From NCBI GenBank assembly GCA_976551045.1, contig CDPCPM010000010.1, positions 7,068,001 through 7,132,000 on the forward strand: a DNA stretch of 64,000 bases, read 5' to 3'. This DNA comes from Glaucostegus cemiculus (Eukaryota). Below, piece by piece: positions 62,557 through 64,000 of this stretch (the stretch's first letter is position 1; every line of letters starts with the position of its first letter). The notes under the pieces were generated by a model that ran no database searches, was not told the origin of the DNA, and was given only the letters and a program-made list of their open reading frames with translations. Made by a program: the position numbers and the translations under genes.

Positions 62557-63721
62557 AAGACAAGAACACAAGAAAATAGGAGCAGAAGTAACCAACTGGT
62601 CCTCCAAACCTGTCCTGCCGTTTAACGTGATCATGGGTGATGAATCCTATACCCAACTCTTCTGCTGCGCCAGGTCACAATAGCCATCGATCCTCTAGAT
62701 GCTATCAGATCTGTTGAATATTTCCAGCATTCTCTGTTTATTTAAGATTTCCAGAATGTGTTGTATTCGGTCTCTCACAGTTCCAGAATTGATTAATTCA
62801 TTCTCTCTACTGCCCTCATTCATCTCCCTCTGTTTACACTCCTCCAACCGATCAGCAGTGATTTGCAGACATCCACCCACCCTATCTTAGATGGCACCAA
62901 CAATATGAGATGAGATATGATGAAATATCTTATTCCAGTCGACAGGATAATCTTGGCTCCACCCCAACACAGACATTTCTTCAGTTCTCGCCACCCCTCC
63001 CTGTAACTTCAAGCACACTTGTTTTCTCAATTTTCCATTTCTAATGAAATGTCATTGACCTGAACTATTAGTTCTGTATCCCTCACCACTGATTTTGCCG
63101 GGTCCACTGAGAATTTTCACCATTTTTTCTGTTTTCATTTCAAATTAGAGCCATGTATGACCAATGGGCTCGATTTGATGCTATAAGTGAAGTATGATAT
63201 AAATATATATCAGGCCAAAGGTTACACTTTTGGTAGATATCACAAATCAAAATCCTAGAAATTATTTATGGAAGTGCTGTAATGAAGTGTCTATTTTCTT
63301 CCTGGAAAGATAGGTAGAATGGTTGAATAACAACTTTCATCTGTATTTATCTTGTGATTTTGCAAAACAGGTGGCAGTTTCCTCTTCCAGAGATCACAAA
63401 GATGGTACAAAACCCTTTTTTTGCACCCCAAGTGCAATATAATGCAATTTATAATCGGCACTATTCCTTTATCATTTATGACTGCAGACAAGACCATATT
63501 CTCAGGTGAAAAATGCTCAAGTCAGTCACAGACAAAATTCTAACCCTCCTCCAAATGAAGGTTTGTCACTGTCATTAGGATTGAAAAAATTAATCAATAA
63601 ATTAGGCAACAGCAATAAAAGAAACTGATTTGCTAACCTAAGAACCAGCACTGTCCAGCAATTGCCTTATTTGAATCTTGCCTTAAATTCCCAATAGCTT
63701 TTGTATAGAAATATTGAAGCT

Positions 63722-63965
63722 TACACACATGGAAAATAGGAAGAGTAGGCTATTTATCCCTTGCAGCCTACTTTGCTATTCAATGTAATTACAGCTGATC
63801 TTCTATCTCAATAATATATTCCTGCCTCTCCCCATATCCTTTGATGCTTTGTGCACCTAGATATTTATCTATCTCTTCCTGCAAAATATTTAGCTGGCCC
63901 TCTGCAGTAGTGAATTCTGAGTGAAGAAACTTCCCTTCCTTCCAAGTCCTAAATCCCTGCCGTTT
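63722..63965 (-). mobile_element. Old CR1 3' fragment
   Basis: GGAAAATAGGAAGAGTAGGC...TCTCCCCATATCC...CTGAGTGAAGAAAC. Confidence 0.6.
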
Positions 63966-64000
63966 ATCATGGGGTAGGTTAATTCTGATTTTAAGCTTCA

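Larger units (their letters stand above)
61020..63145 (+). mobile_element. Penelope-like element remnants (two pseudo-LTR-like repeats around a GIY-YIG fragment) with CR1 insertions
   Basis: Similar blocks at ~61350-61560 and ~62950-63145, each with a hammerhead-like motif; GIY-YIG fragment between them. Confidence 0.65.

Noticed and set aside
1-64000. CRISPR array, prokaryotic operon or host protein-coding gene
   Set aside because: No regularly spaced repeats and no gene-dense coding. No exon could be supported, although short exons could be missed without RNA or homology data.

Overview
AT-rich, CpG-depleted vertebrate DNA with no recognisable host protein-coding exon, tRNA, rRNA or CRISPR array. 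The repeat complement points to a cartilaginous fish, probably a ray or other batoid (inference): V-domain HE1-like SINEs, HER1/CR1 LINE 3' ends, a DeuSINE, and Rex1/Babar, RTE, L2 and Penelope-like fragments. The window looks intergenic or like part of a large intron, and the ORFs I can assign are retroelement debris or its antisense frames. Main points of interest: (1) a ~390-410 bp TGTCA...TGACA solo-LTR family with 5-bp TSDs, six segments in 64 kb. At 35412-35982 it forms a fold-back LTR + PBS-like + inverted-U3 structure, which is what a snap-back cDNA of a self-priming Tf1/sushi-type retrotransposon would look like. (2) Penelope-like remnants with minimal hammerhead-ribozyme motifs in inverted and tandem pseudo-LTRs. 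(3) Several templated-insertion or template-switch scars, the most striking a ~100 bp mosaic at 59765-59862. Boundaries of old repeats are approximate, and family names come from motif recognition, not database searches.
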